A DNA stretch of 63,901 bases, the filler included, from Atractiella rhizophila (taxonomy: Eukaryota): assembly GCA_021432655.1 (NCBI GenBank). It is 4 parts of 4 records of this genome, joined end to end, with 100 filler letters (N's around TTAATTAATTAA, not from the genome) between each part and the next. Parts side by side here need not be neighbours in the genome. Positions count along the whole stretch, not along the records: positions 1 to 29,513 come from MU271720.1; positions 29,614 to 51,003 come from MU271721.1; 2 more parts are not named here. One strand, given 5' to 3'. Made by a program: the position numbers and the translations under genes. Of the stretch, positions 24,308-38,032 are shown piece after piece. A model generated the notes under the pieces. The model searched no databases. It saw only the letters and a program-made list of their open reading frames with translations, and was not told the DNA's origin. Every line of letters starts with the position of its first letter. Positions within the stretch are counted from its first letter, which is position 1.

Positions 24308-27300
24308 ATGTCAGATCCTGAAAGGGATTCACCTGTGGACGAGAAGAACACTGAGATTGAGAATGCGAAACACACTCAGGGTCCCTCGGAAGTAGAGAAG
24401 GAGACTATTGAGGACGAGAAGAAACCTGCAGAAGAGAAGAAGCGGAGGTTCGACGTGAGTTTCCACTCAACACGTCCCTTCCACCTTCTTTTGGCGGACT
24501 TAAAATTCATGATTTTTCCATTGCAAACAGAAAACGTTTGAGAGTAAAGAAAAAGGTCCCAAGCACACTCTTATCGATATATCGCGGATCGAGCTGAAGG
24601 CTGAGGACTTGTACGATAAGGAAAAGGTTGATTTGGAGCAGGTGGGGATGGATGACGTGTGGCAGTTGCTCCAGTGAGTTTGCGTTCATCATTCTTTTCG
24701 CAAGAAATGGGAATGGGGGAGTGATTTTTGGCCTTGGTCATTGTTGGTCAACGTGGTCATGATGATTTCCCTTTTTGTGTTCAGATGCGACGAGAAGGGA
24801 TTGACGAACGAGGAGGTCAAACGTCGAACCGAAATCTTCGGACCAAATGAGCTGGAGTCGAAGGAACAGAACCCTTTCCCTCCAGTTCCTTTCATTCATG
24901 TGGAACCCTCTCTCCTGGGTCATGGAGGGAGCCGCTTTAGTCGCCATCGCTCTCTCGAACGGTGGAGGTAGCGCTCCGGATTGGCAAGACTTCGTCGGAA
25001 TTGTCCTCCTCCTTTTCGTTAACTCAACCATCGGTTTCTACGAAGAACGCTCCCCCCGGAGCGCTGTCAAAGCTCTCATGGAATCTTTGGCTCCTAAGGC
25101 GAAGGCGAAGAGGAACGGCGAGTGGAACGAAATCGAGGCTTCTGAGCTCGTACCTGGAGACGTTGTTTCCTTCAAAAGCGGTGACATTGTCCCCGCTGAC
25201 TGCCGTCTATACGATGCCATCGAGGTGTCTTGCGACCAAGCTGCTTTGACCGGTGAATCTCTTCCCTCCAACAAGGTAGCCGGAGACCAGTGTTTCTCCA
25301 GATCCGTCTGCAAGTCTGGAGAGGCTGAAGGTGTCGTCATCTCGACCGGTGCCAACACTTTCTTTGTTAGTCTTTCCTTGCTCACTTTACTCATTTACTG
25401 AGTTATTCTGTAATGAATAGGGAAAGGCAGCCACTCTTGTCGGAGCAGATGATGATACCACAGGGCATCTTCAGAAGATTCTTGGTCAAATTGGATCTTT
25501 CTGCTTGGTTTCGATTGGAATTTTCGTCATCGCCGAAATTTTCGTGCTTTACGCTGGTTTCCGGTTAGCAGTCTGATCCCCCAATCGAGAATAGTTTCTA
25601 AAATGTCGTGCAGCTACTCTTACCGCCGCGGTCTCAACAACATTCTCGTCCTCTTGATCGGTGGTATTCCCATCGCCATGCCCACTGTCTTGTCTGTCAC
25701 GCTCGCCGTCGGAGCTCAGCAGCTCGCGAAGTACAAGGCGATTGTAACCCGTATCACTGCTATTGAGGAGTTGGCTGGTGTCACCATCCTTTGTTCCGAC
25801 AAGACTGGTACGCTCACCACCAACAAACTGACCATCGATCGTTCGACCATCAAGCCCTACAACGGTTATAGTGCCGACGAGGTCATTCTCTACGCAGCTT
25901 ACGCTTCGCGAACTGAGAACCAAGATGCCATCGATATGTCGACCATTAGCGCATTGGGTGAAAATGGAACCGCCAAGGCTCGTGAAGGTATCACTCTTCT
26001 CGACTTCAAGCCCTTTAACCCTGTTGACAAGCGAACGGAAATCACCTACATGATTAACGAGTCCGGAAAGGTGATGAGAGCCACGAAAGGAATGACTGGA
26101 AAGATTATCGAACTTTGCACTAGGAACAAGACGGAGGATGTCGAGAATCAACTCGAGGAAGACGTCGAGGAATTTGCTCGCCGTGGTCTTCGTGCTCTCG
26201 CTGTCGCCATTGAGGAAGTCACCTCTGGAGTTAAGGATGGAGAAGGAAACGGATTGGAGCTCATCGGTCTACTCTCCATCTTTGATCCTCCTCGTCAAGA
26301 TACCAAGCAAACCATCGATGATGCTCTTGCTCTCGGAGTCAAGGTCAAGATGGTTACCGGTGATCAGCTCGCTATCGCGAAGGAAATTGGCCGTCGTCTC
26401 GGATTGGGTGACCACATGTACCCCGCCAAAGTGCTCAAGGAAGGACCTCCTGCTGGTGGAAAGCATATGAACTTGGACGATATGATTCTCGATGCCGATG
26501 GATTCGCTGGTGTCGACCCTGAACACAAATACGAAATCGTCAAGCGTCTTCAAGGTCTCGGATATCTCTGCGCCATGACTGGTGACGGAGCTAACGATGC
26601 GCCTGCCCTCTCTCGTGCTAATGTCGGTATCGCTGTTGAAGGTGCCACTGACGCCGCGAGAGGCGCTGCCGATATTGTCTTGACGGAACCTGGTCTGTCC
26701 ACCATTGTTCACGCTATCAGGCAATCACGTATCATCTTCCAACGTATGAGGAACTACTCCATCTACGCTTGCGCTGTCACCATCCGTATCGTTCTTGGTT
26801 TCTCCGTCATGGCTTTCGCTTTCAGGTTCGATTTCCCTCCGTTCATGGTCTTGATCATCGCTCTTCTCAACGACGGTACCATCATGACTCTCTCCCTCGG
26901 TAAGATTGCTTCACGTTTATCGTTTCCACCTGTGCTGAGGCCGGTGATGTAGATCGTGTGCTGCCTTCTAACGAGCCTGATCACTGGGATCTAGCCGAGA
27001 TTTTCGCTCAAGCCATCGGCTATGGTATCTACCTCTCAGTCTGTACCATTGTCCTTTACGTCGTTGTCATCAAGACCAGCTGGTTCGAGGATACCTTCGG
27101 TGTTAACCCTGTCAAGGGCGAGAACAACCCCGACGTGTAAGTCGACTGGTTCGGTTTTGTGACATTCGCTGATGAATTGCCAGTCACATGATCATCTATC
27201 TTGAAGTCGCTCAAATCTCCCAAGCTTTAATCTTCATCACTCGATCTCACGGATTCTTCTTCATGGAGCGCCCATCTTTCGCCCTCCTCGGAGCTTTCGG

Positions 27301-27773
27301 CAATGCCCAATTGATCTCATCCATCATTGCCGCTTACGGTGACTGGGGATTCACTGACATCCGCTCCATCTCCGCAGGCTGGATTGGTATTGTCTGGGCC
27401 TGGAACATCGTTTGGTTCTTCCCTCTCGACCTGATCAAATTTGCCATGAAGCACGCGATCAGGGCTTATCAGGCTCACGCAAGGCCCGATCATACCAGTC
27501 CCATCGACCCCGACACTGGTATTCCTCTCACCAGGACCACTTCGAGGGCCGCGTCCATCAACGCCAGCTTGTACTCAAACAGAACAGGTTTCCTCAGGAA
27601 GGCCAAAAAGACGCTTCACCTCGGTGGCAGGAAGCTCAAGATCTCGGACAACGAGCTCCCGCCGCTTCTCAAGCCACCAGGCTCAAGTCGCTGGAGCGGC
27701 TCTCACCGGCTCTGGCTCTCGCTCGAATTGGTTGATGACGGGCAGGAAGTGGGGTTCATTTTACTTTGTCTGA
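24308..27773 (+). CDS. PMA1: Plasma-membrane H+-ATPase (P3A), with two apparent +1 frameshifts in this assembly
   Basis: [73 protein letters not shown]; extra C at ~24879 and ~27659. Confidence 0.93.
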
Positions 27774-28385
27774 AGTACGTCTTCACTTGGATTCTTCCTG
27801 TGAACTCCGGCATACCACTTCGTCCTTTCTTCTCGTGTCAAACTCCAGCTTGTCTCCAACTTCGTCGCTTTCGTTCACCTTCTGAGCCTCACACCATTCC
27901 TCGACATCCCTTTCATGATTCGACACGCATGTTTTCTCAATGATTTATTAACGTTTTGCTTCAACCTCCTCATCCGACCCGTTTAGTCCAATTCTTGCGA
28001 ACCATGCCCGTCTAGCTTCCTTTGCAGTTTGTTCTGACTGTATGCGTAAAAACCAAAGCGAGCTCGCGGCAATAATCGTACAATCGCATCGATTAACACA
28101 CACGGAACGCACCAATAGTCTTAGAGCCCCTGAAAACTCTTTTTGTGAGTGTTAGATGGGACGATCACTGCCTTTCGCGCAATTCTTGGATATACAGCAT
28201 CTTGTTCCAATTGCCTTGGATAACTCGATTTGAGAAAGATTGGATAAAAGATAAATCACTGTGTCTTGCTCGATAACTCTCAACACAATCTACAATCTAT
28301 AGCTCTAGTGGACAAGTGTAATCCCTCACCAGGATATATGGGATCGTAGTTGAAACTTATCATGAGGCATTCTGGGCTTCCGATG

Positions 28386-28460
28386 TCACAGTAGCGTAAA
28401 CCAGACACAAAATTATGTATCACAGTAGCGTAAACCAGACACAAAATTATGTATCACAGT
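28386..28460. repeat. 34-bp tandem repeat (2.2 copies)
   Basis: TCACAGTAGCGTAAACCAGACACAAAATTATGTA at 28386 and 28420, partial at 28454. Confidence 0.9.
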
Positions 28461-28682
28461 ATGTTCAACTGAATAGTTAATGTTTTGCCATATATTTTGA
28501 GCGCGAGAAGAGATGAGGGCAGAACAAGAGGTGGACTAAATGCAGGAATTAAGACATCGTAGGATATGATCAGTTTCATTCTGTGATGCAACTTGTATTG
28601 CGTCGCGTTTACGCTTACTTGTCGAGGTGAGTGGAAGTGCATGAATTGTCCTTAAAACAAACGAAGCACAATACATTGGCAT

Positions 28683-29513
28683 CTACAGCTCAGGTAACGG
28701 AGGTCTTCCTGCAACTTGGTGATGTGAAGGATATGGATAAGAGTCCACCGAAGGCCTAGGTCCGCCTGCTCCAGCACTTTGCTGTTGGTATTCGCTCACA
28801 GGAGCACTCCTATAGCTGACAGTTGCACTGGATGCTCCTCCTGTTGCCGGAGTCGTCGCCGGCTGACCGCTTCCCTGGCCTTGTCCCGCCCACGCGTTCG
28901 AATCGGCGCGTGTCCTGACTTGGATGGGAGGCGTCGCATGCGTCGCGTGCATGTGCGGCGGAAAGTAGGGATATCCACCAACAGAGGGGCTGGACAGGTC
29001 GTGGTATTCGTGATTCTTTGCTACTTGTCCAGTGGCTGACGGGGTAGGTTGCTGTAGCACTTGTGAAGGCACCGGGTATGCCATCCCTTGCGGTGGAGGC
29101 ATTGTGACGGCGTTCACGACCATTGGACGTGCTTGAGAAGGCGCAGTGAACTGATCAGGATATGGAGAGGGTATCGGCTGGGTGGCTGGCCGCGGAGCTA
29201 CAGCTTCAGGTGTTGGGGGTAGGTGGCGGATTGTGGAAGGTGCCGGTTGGGAGTGGGGAGGGATTTGAGGTTGAGGATTCGATTGAGGCGTCATTGAAGG
29301 TTTCAACTGCGACTGAAGGGCTTGGGCAGCAGGCTCGGTGCGAGAATGAAAGGGAGGCTGCGGGTTCGGTTGGGGAGGTGGTTGACGCACAGCTTGGGAA
29401 TGTGACTGTTGACGATGTGGTTGTGCTTGAGCGTGAGGGTGGTTAGGTTGTGCTTGTGAGAGGGGAACAGGTGGAGCAGAATGAGGGGTCATCGTCACCG
29501 CTGTCGACTGATT
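28683..29513 (-). CDS. Pro/Gln-rich low-complexity C-terminus of a protein whose 5' part lies beyond the contig end
   Basis: Open frame of >270 codons running to the linker. Confidence 0.6.
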   Translation of the reverse strand, partial: NQSTAVTMTPHSAPPVPLSQAQPNHPHAQAQPHRQQSHSQAVRQPPPQPNPQPPFHSRTEPAAQALQSQLKPSMTPQSNPQPQIPPHSQPAPSTIRHLPPTPEAVAPRPATQPIPSPYPDQFTAPSQARPMVVNAVTMPPPQGMAYPVPSQVLQQPTPSATGQVAKNHEYHDLSSPSVGGYPYFPPHMHATHATPPIQVRTRADSNAWAGQGQGSGQPATTPATGGASSATVSYRSAPVSEYQQQSAGAGGPRPSVDSYPYPSHHQVAGRPPLPEL

Positions 29514-29613
29514 NNNNNNNNNNNNNNNNNNNNNNNNNNNNNNNNNNNNNNNNNNNNTTAATTAATTAANNNNNNNNNNNNNNNNNNNNNNNNNNNNNNN
29601 NNNNNNNNNNNNN
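29514..29613. other. Artificial contig linker
   Basis: N44-TTAATTAATTAA-N44, exactly 100 nt, stops in all frames. Confidence 0.95.
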
Positions 29614-31277
29614 AGTCGATCTTCTAACGCTCTCAGATTCTCCGGATCGAATATCTTTCTATCCTCCCCCGTTCCCATCTTCTTTTTCCAAATAATGGAA
29701 TCGGCTTTACGGACGAATTGGAGTGCGTTATCGAGAGAGGAAAGGTCATGCTTGTAATCTGTCGAGAGGGTAGAGAGGAGGTGCTTATATTTGTTTAGCA
29801 AAGATGCCTTAACATGAATAGAGAAACTCACTTTGAGGACATTGAAGAAAGCTTCGTCATTGAATGGGAGGCGACTCTCGTTTGCTTGCTTTTCCACATG
29901 CTCCACTAATACATTCCCATTCCGACTGCTTATTTTGGTCTCTCCAGTCGCGGTCCTCCTCCTTCTCCCCTCCATTCCCTGCACCAATGTCTCTTTCAAC
30001 TCTCCCACCTCTTTCTTCAACCGTTCTACTTCATCTCTACTCCTTCTCAATTCGAGCTCCATCTCTAACCTCACTTTTTCGGCGTCTTCCTCCCTGGGCG
30101 GACTTTCCAAGTTCTTCACCCTCTCTCTCCATCTAAACAATTCGCTCTCGACCTCCTCATCCACTTCTGTCGTCCTTTCCAACTCCCTTCTCAACTCCGA
30201 CGTCTGTTCCATGGGCATCCGGACGTGAGATAGTAACTGCTCTCGACGCTGAACATAGTCGCGGGACGCATTAGCCGCCTGCTGAACTTGAATATCAGGT
30301 GTAAATCTCTCGCGAACCGCAGAAGGTGAACGGCCACGACCGTTTCGGACAATGCTCTCGAATTCACTCTGTACCTGATCTGCAAGTCGCGCAATTGAAT
30401 CCTTCCCAGTCTCTCCCGTTGAACTGTCATTCCCAGAACCATTGCCATTGGGTAATCGAGAGTCGAGACCCAATCTAGAGGAGGTATGAAGCTTAGTTTT
30501 TGACCAGTCCTGCGGCGTTGGTGAATCGAGGATGGAGGAGAGGGTAGAAGAGCTAACATCCTCTCTTCGCCGTTGGGGTCGAATTGTGCGAGGGTTGGAG
30601 GTAGGAAGAACGCGTGAGGAGCCGTTAGAATCGTTCGAGTTTGAGACTGATGAAATCTGCTTCAACCTGTCGTACGCTTCAAGTGCGCGAGAAGGAGTTG
30701 GCGCGACAGCTCCCTTGCGGGAGCAGATGAGGGTGTTCTCTACCGTTTGTGACGGATGTAACCCTAAGGGAGGCTCGGACCTGGAGGGTGACGGTAAAGG
30801 ATCGGCCAGTAGACTCCCACCTGAGAAGGAAGGGAGGGAGGGGAGACCGGTAGCTGAGTGGTTGCGCCGAGAGAGGCTGACGCGTGACAGCAAGGGTGAT
30901 GCTCCAAGACTCTCCTCGTCAAAGCGGAGCGGCGCTTTCCCCTTCCCCTTTCTTTGCCCATTGCCATTTGTATCACCATGTCCACTCACAGTCACGCTCC
31001 CATTCCGCCTGCCTTTTCTTTCCACAGGTGAATTCAAATGAACAGTCTCAGCATCCTCCTTATCCAAAAAGTCGATTAACGCGCTCAAATTCGTCAATCT
31101 CCCACTCAAAACACTCTTGCCTCCATAACTCGAACTGCTGGCTCCATTGTTTGTGGTCTCATCCCCTGATCCTCGAGGATGATTTGTGGAAAATTCAGAA
31201 TAATGCTCCAAATCACGGTAGGAGTCCGTGACATCTTGCCCCGGATCTTTTGAAAGCAACTGCAGCGAGAGCTCCAT
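29614..31277 (-). CDS. Ser-rich disordered protein with C-terminal coiled coil, 3' incomplete
   Basis: ~550-codon ORF; heptad-like LEMELELRRSRDEVERLKKEVGELKETL; probable short intron near 29790-29832. Confidence 0.7.
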
Positions 31278-31762
31278 CCTGTTCGTGTTCGTTGTTGCGC
31301 ATCAAGATCACGTGGTAGCATTGCTTGGAAGTTGCCCTTTGCCCTTGTTATTACATAATTCAAGAAATTTATCAAAATACACAATTACAATTAATGTGCT
31401 TGAATATGCACTATTATAAATCGAATACAAAGGATCCTTATTACATGTTAATGGAATATTCTAAGCGGTTTTCAAAGGCCGCAGATCTTTCCCTAGAAGT
31501 CTGCAATACCTTCCCCCATCGCTCCCTCTCGGGCAGTCCTTCAAGGGCCATCAGCCTTTGCGCCATCATAGCCAATGGAGGAAAGGGCTCACGTTCAATC
31601 CCCCGCAACGCCGGCATGGCACTGTTGGTTTCTTTGAACAGAGAGAAATGTCTGTTCCACCATGAGAACACATTGTTACTTCAAAGTTTGTATCCCAAGA
31701 ATACAAAAGAACAAGAGGATATAGAAATCGGCGTGACAGACCTTTGTGCCCCTTGCAGGTGG

Positions 31763-32462
31763 NNNNNNNNNNNNNNNNNNNNNNNNNNNNNNNNNNNNNN
31801 NNNNNNNNNNNNNNNNNNNNNNNNNNNNNNNNNNNNNNNNNNNNNNNNNNNNNNNNNNNNNNNNNNNNNNNNNNNNNNNNNNNNNNNNNNNNNNNNNNNN
31901 NNNNNNNNNNNNNNNNNNNNNNNNNNNNNNNNNNNNNNNNNNNNNNNNNNNNNNNNNNNNNNNNNNNNNNNNNNNNNNNNNNNNNNNNNNNNNNNNNNNN
32001 NNNNNNNNNNNNNNNNNNNNNNNNNNNNNNNNNNNNNNNNNNNNNNNNNNNNNNNNNNNNNNNNNNNNNNNNNNNNNNNNNNNNNNNNNNNNNNNNNNNN
32101 NNNNNNNNNNNNNNNNNNNNNNNNNNNNNNNNNNNNNNNNNNNNNNNNNNNNNNNNNNNNNNNNNNNNNNNNNNNNNNNNNNNNNNNNNNNNNNNNNNNN
32201 NNNNNNNNNNNNNNNNNNNNNNNNNNNNNNNNNNNNNNNNNNNNNNNNNNNNNNNNNNNNNNNNNNNNNNNNNNNNNNNNNNNNNNNNNNNNNNNNNNNN
32301 NNNNNNNNNNNNNNNNNNNNNNNNNNNNNNNNNNNNNNNNNNNNNNNNNNNNNNNNNNNNNNNNNNNNNNNNNNNNNNNNNNNNNNNNNNNNNNNNNNNN
32401 NNNNNNNNNNNNNNNNNNNNNNNNNNNNNNNNNNNNNNNNNNNNNNNNNNNNNNNNNNNNNN
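31763..32462. other. Assembly gap (700 N)
   Basis: Run of N. Confidence 0.99.
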
Positions 32463-34530
32463 GTGGAAATAGGACGTACCGTCGCCTTCAAAATAGTACA
32501 CAAGCGATCCATTCCCACTTTCACTCTCCTCTTGCTCTCCTTCAAGACTGGTTCAAGGACTTCTGTTTCTGGAAAGGAGAGGGTGCGGAGATGTATCAAT
32601 GAATGAAGCCAGAATATTGAGCAGACTATTTCGAGTTGCATGATATAAGCATTGAGGGAAATAGTGGCCAGCAAGCGGTCTTGTATGTTAAAGAGGGATT
32701 GGAGGAAGGTGAGGTAGGATGGAAGATCTAGAGAGGCTGCTACATGGTCTTCTCATGACCATTGACATGAGTAGGTGATGGAATGAGTAAAAGGAGCAAA
32801 AACGAACCGGCGAGGATCATCTTTCGACAAAGGATGCTCGGTAGCAGGGCTGTCAAGCGTACAGCGTCAGCGGAAGAGGGATCGAGGTTTAGCGCTGCAT
32901 CGATGGAAAGAATGAGGGGAGGTTGAATGGTGGTATGCTGGAAAATGTCATAGATATCTTGATTTGCCCTATCCCACTTCTTGTGACTTCGCGCCTCTAC
33001 CGACTCAACAATCAAGTGCTTACATGAGGGGAAGAAGATTGCTCTTCCATGCCAGAATTATGTCGGTTATCTTTTTCACCATTTCCAATTAACACAATTT
33101 CTGGAAAAGGGGATGAACATACAAACAGCTCGTTGGATAGTATATGTATGCGTCCTGCAGCCTGTGCAAGTTCCTGCGGTGAGAGAGAGGCGATAAAGCT
33201 CTTGTAATTCTTTATGACAATGGCCAATAGATCCCGAAGGGAGAAAATGTCTTCTCTTGCACCTGTTACGTCCAATACTGCTATCAGTCGGAGAGTTGAT
33301 CTATAATGACAACCATCTCACAGTGATGTAAATCCTGTATAAGCGCCAAAAGACACACAATCCCGTTCAGACCGCTAACCGAGAGTGTCGTGAGAAACCT
33401 CTCATTCCTCTCCAATAGATGGACAACAGATTGGGTAAGGGCGGCGCAGAATGGGGTGCGTGCGATTCCGAAACGACGCCTTTGAAAGCCCCGATCGCTC
33501 AAGCGGTGAAGAGAGAGATTTAGATGAGAACCCACAAATCTCCTTGGAGCAAGCGAGACCTATGAACCAAACCGTCATACGGCGACTGAGTAGTCTGTTC
33601 CCACAAATCAGCCTCATGAGCATCAATGACATTCAAGAAGAGACTCACGGGTGGATCGGCAGTTCGAGATCCCACAAGCGTGAATCCAGCCACGAAGCAT
33701 TCGAAGAGGATGGAAAGTGGATCGGAGGAGGCAGAGGGGTCTTTTAGGTTTATGAATGCTGGAGAGAGGAAGGCGGCTTCAGTGAAGATTAGTTTCGCGA
33801 GGGGAGAATAGTCGAGGCGGAGGGCATCTGTCATTGTCATCGCGGTTAAATCAATCCAAGAAAAGGGATAATAAAATTATATAACGTCAATCATAGGAAA
33901 AATAGTGGGAGACGGACCGCGAACAAGTAATCCCTTTAGATTTAACTTGACACTCTCTTCCCCAACTCTAAGTTCGCTCCTTGAGATGTTAGTGTCCCAG
34001 TTCCCAAAAGCCACGATTGCTCCTTCAGTCCGCTCCTCCTCCGCCACTTCCTGGCCGAGTGTGTGTTCAGAGGAGAGTTGTTGTACCAGAGTCTCTTCTT
34101 CCAAGATAGACGCGCCCTCCATGGCCATCAAACTGTCCGAAAAGGCTCGGGAGAGTGCTTGGGTTTCCTCCAATTCTGACTGTGGAATCTCGTACACGCG
34201 ATCCATAGATGAAGGTGCATACAGACCATCCATCGTCGAGTTCCTGATCGCAGACTGAAAGCGAGGAGAAGAATGCTGAGAATTGAAAGGTAGAGCGCTG
34301 GATCCTAAGGTGGAGCGTAGTGTTAGGAGATATTGTGCGAGGAGGTCAGCTTCGGATTGATTGTAAAGATTTGGTGGAGCTAAGACTTGAGAAAATGTGC
34401 CTGAGACTGCAGAGGTGCTCTGCTTGATCGAGGAACTTGAAGGGATTGGACTAACACCAATGACAAGAGGATTTGTTAGCAACAAGTGCTGCTTTTCAGA
34501 AGGCATACCCGTCATAAGTACCATTACTCT
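32463..34530 (-). CDS. Hypothetical multi-exon protein, possibly continuing across the gap to a Cys-rich end near 31460-31760
   Basis: Series of minus-strand ORFs (33877-34536, 33520-33840, 33402-33632, 33012-33275, 32740-33015) spaced by intron-sized gaps; no family recognised. Confidence 0.5.
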
Positions 34531-35842
34531 GGCCACTACTCAGCTCAGCCAGCTGGTGGCGGGAAGGCGAATTCATCTTTATTTTTCTCCTACGTCGAAG
34601 CCAGGCGTTAATAACACGACGTTAATGCCGACGCGTTGAACTGTGAATGATGAGGCATACTAAGTCACCAATACTCTTACTGGCGAAACGAAGTGGTAAC
34701 TGGTTACATAACTGCTGACATAACTGGAAGTGCAAGCTCACTCCTTTCCTTTATTTATTATGGTGGCACTCCCGTTGAAAGCCGAAACACAATGCGGCAA
34801 TACCACCATTGACCTGTGGGTTGATATGCTCGATTCGCTCGATTCAATGCACATGACCATTCTTTGACTGAATTCCGGCTGTTCCAGGATGATCAGAATG
34901 GAGTGTGTGGTGCTGCTGACATCGCTGCCATCCTGAAGGCATGCAGGATGGAGTTTTCCCTAGGATCGGGACTTCAGACCTCGGTTAGTAGTTCGTGTGT
35001 TCACGTCACTCCTTTGATTTGTACTGCATGCTTAGTGGAGAGTTGCAGGGAATATACCATCATCAGGCTGCACCAGATGGTAGTGATCCAACAGGATCTA
35101 ATTATGTTGGAAGGTACTCAAGCGAGGGAGAAATGTTCTCCTTTAGGGGTAATGAGGAAGCAATGCTCGGGATCAACTGGAAGGTGTGCTGGTCAGCAAG
35201 TCGGGTGCAATATTCCCCTTCCTAAAGTTTTGTCGCTCGGCGACTGCAACCTAGCCAATGATATCTCTCTGCTGCTCGCAGATAAGAGGTGGCTGTGACA
35301 TGGCGCCACGTGATGCGTCGTACCAACAGCTAGCTACATGACGAGCGGAAGTATGACTGCAGACTTGTCTTGCTGGAGTCGAGGGAGCGAGGAAAATGAA
35401 GCCATTCAAATTGCTGCTGTGATGATCCGCCCGCTCTCACGAAGTTGAGAATTTCATTTGGAGCCTTCGTGATTTATTATTTTACTTGGTTTCAGAGAAA
35501 AAGTAATATGGTAAAATGCTCTCTTAATATGCCAATAGCACACTAGTTTTATCTAGTTGGTGCGAGCACTGCTTCAATCGGGTCTACTCCGCCTGTGACA
35601 TGCCGGTCCTTCATTTCAATGTTCCGATGGAAGAATGAATTGTTCCGACGAAGAAAGCAGCTGCCACAAGCGAAGTAATGATGGCGCGCCCGGGTGGGGA
35701 CGGACTCGAGGGTTCTTCAAGAGGTCTCTGCTTTGGTAGCATAGACCAACGACCTTCACGATGGTCCCTTCAACACCAACCAGGACATGGCTCGTGGCAC
35801 CCTTCCTCTCCTTTGTCGCATCCACAATCATCCCTCCCATTG

Positions 35843-36218
35843 NNNNNNNNNNNNNNNNNNNNNNNNNNNNNNNNNNNNNNNNNNNNNNNNNNNNNNNNNN
35901 NNNNNNNNNNNNNNNNNNNNNNNNNNNNNNNNNNNNNNNNNNNNNNNNNNNNNNNNNNNNNNNNNNNNNNNNNNNNNNNNNNNNNNNNNNNNNNNNNNNN
36001 NNNNNNNNNNNNNNNNNNNNNNNNNNNNNNNNNNNNNNNNNNNNNNNNNNNNNNNNNNNNNNNNNNNNNNNNNNNNNNNNNNNNNNNNNNNNNNNNNNNN
36101 NNNNNNNNNNNNNNNNNNNNNNNNNNNNNNNNNNNNNNNNNNNNNNNNNNNNNNNNNNNNNNNNNNNNNNNNNNNNNNNNNNNNNNNNNNNNNNNNNNNN
36201 NNNNNNNNNNNNNNNNNN
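35843..36218. other. Assembly gap (376 N)
   Basis: Run of N. Confidence 0.99.
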
Positions 36219-37982
36219 TTACCTGTCGTTGTGTGGTTTTATGGAGGTGATTTTGTGCTCGTGGGCTTCCCTCTTCCTTCAGACCTGAAGCTCTTGACCG
36301 ATTGCCATCGACAAATGTTTAGGGTGATACGTCAGCCTATGACCCGATACGTGAGGTGCCCACCGTGCCTGTGGTACTCCAACTGAGTGCCATCTAGTGA
36401 TTCTCCAACGAAGCATGGACATTGGGAAACCTATCATCTTTGCGTCCGTCAACTACAGGCTCAGGTTCGTCTCTCCGACCCACCTCATTTAAACACTTTC
36501 ACTCATCTGTGCCGTAGTGCTTTGGGCTTTCTCTGGCATTCTGAGATAACAAAACGTAAAGTCTTGCTTTTGTGTATGACGTAACTGACAGACCGTAGCT
36601 GAGGACGCGAATCGCGGGATCACCGATCAGTCGTTGGCTCTGAAATGGCTGCAGCAAAATCTGGAGGTTTTCGGAGGAGATCCAGAAAAAGTTACAATCT
36701 GTACATTTTATCTTGTTTTCTCTTTACGATTTCAAGATCCTGAGCTTAGAGTTAGGGGGAGAAAGTGCAGGAGCATTTTCTGTGCAAGCACATACGGTAT
36801 TCGGTCCACCTAATCTGTTTCGATCGAGTATAGTCGCGAGCGGGTATTTGCTCAAAGACAGTCAGTATCCAACAAACGACTTCTTCTGGCAAGTCTCTTC
36901 TGGTACCGGTTGCGGAGGGGAGGGAGAAGTCACGCCACAGGAAGCAAACCAATGCTTGAAAACGGTGCCGTGGCAGACAATCAGAGACGTTTCTACAAAG
37001 CTCAATATTTATCCTCGAATTACCGGCAGCTTTATCGATCGACCTCCGAAGGAGAGGATTCTGGATCAGGAGTACAACAAGGTTCCGGTCCTTATTGGCA
37101 CGACAAGGGATGAAGGTAGCATGTAGGTCTTTCCGCTTATGATATAGTAACCCCTGCGAAATTGTTTACTGGGAGACAGTTCCACACCTGAAGAAGTGAA
37201 CAGCGAAGAAGAGCTCTTCCAGTTCATCAACTCAACATTAAACAAGAATGAGAGTAGTGCGCGCACTGTCCTCGATGCGTATAAGAACGACCCTGATTTG
37301 CAAGGACAAACATGGCTCCAGTTGGCCAGCGACTACATAGGTTTGTTCTTCCACTCTTACCCTCTTCCAATCATGTCGCCAAACGTGGGATACAGGCGAC
37401 GGCTACTATCTGACAGATCGTCGATTTGAGGCGAAACATCTCTCTCGGACGCAGCCTGTCTGGACGTATCGCTTCGATGTTTTCACTCCGGGACCATTTG
37501 CAGATTTGTATGGCGGTGAGCTTGCATCCATGACCGTCTAGCAGTCGATGTGAATCGTAGCTGGTTAGTGCACCATGGATCCGATGTTGGCTATTTCTTT
37601 CCGAATGCATTCCTCCAATTCCTCGATACTTCAATAATTGGCCAAACACCTGAACTGTTGGCGGTGAGAAACAGGCTCCTGGATCGATGGATTTATTTTA
37701 TCACTGAGCAGAATCCTACTGCTCCTTCTTGTGAGTCCCTAGATCGACCTGTGCCTAAGACTGTACGGATTGATCGAAATTGGCAGCGGATCCACTTTGG
37801 AGCAAATACTCAGAAAGCAAGGAAGAACTCATCCGCTTCAATACTTCAGGTGTGCACAGTCGTTACTCGTCCTGAAACTAGAGAATCGTCTGACCACCAA
37901 TATGACAGGTGATGACATCATTCTGGACGATTTTAGGCTGGACGAGACAAATTTATTGACGACTCTCATTCCGGCAGAGTAG
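36219..37982 (+). CDS. Type-B carboxylesterase / lipase (alpha/beta hydrolase), 5' part in or before the gap
   Basis: [64 protein letters not shown] and HGSDV give the Ser-Glu-His triad. Confidence 0.9.
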
Positions 37983-38032
37983 AATCGGCAGAGTAGAATG
38001 AAAGGCAGGAGAACAGGAATTAAACATAAATG

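Noticed and set aside
25549..26724. Antisense ORFs of 200 and 151 aa over PMA1
   Set aside because: Shadow ORFs caused by codon bias of a highly expressed gene.
31325..36386. Long ORFs containing X runs
   Set aside because: Artefacts of translating through N gaps.
37972..37999. 14-bp tandem duplication CGGCAGAGTAGAAT over the esterase stop codon
   Set aside because: Simple slippage; the protein end is unchanged.
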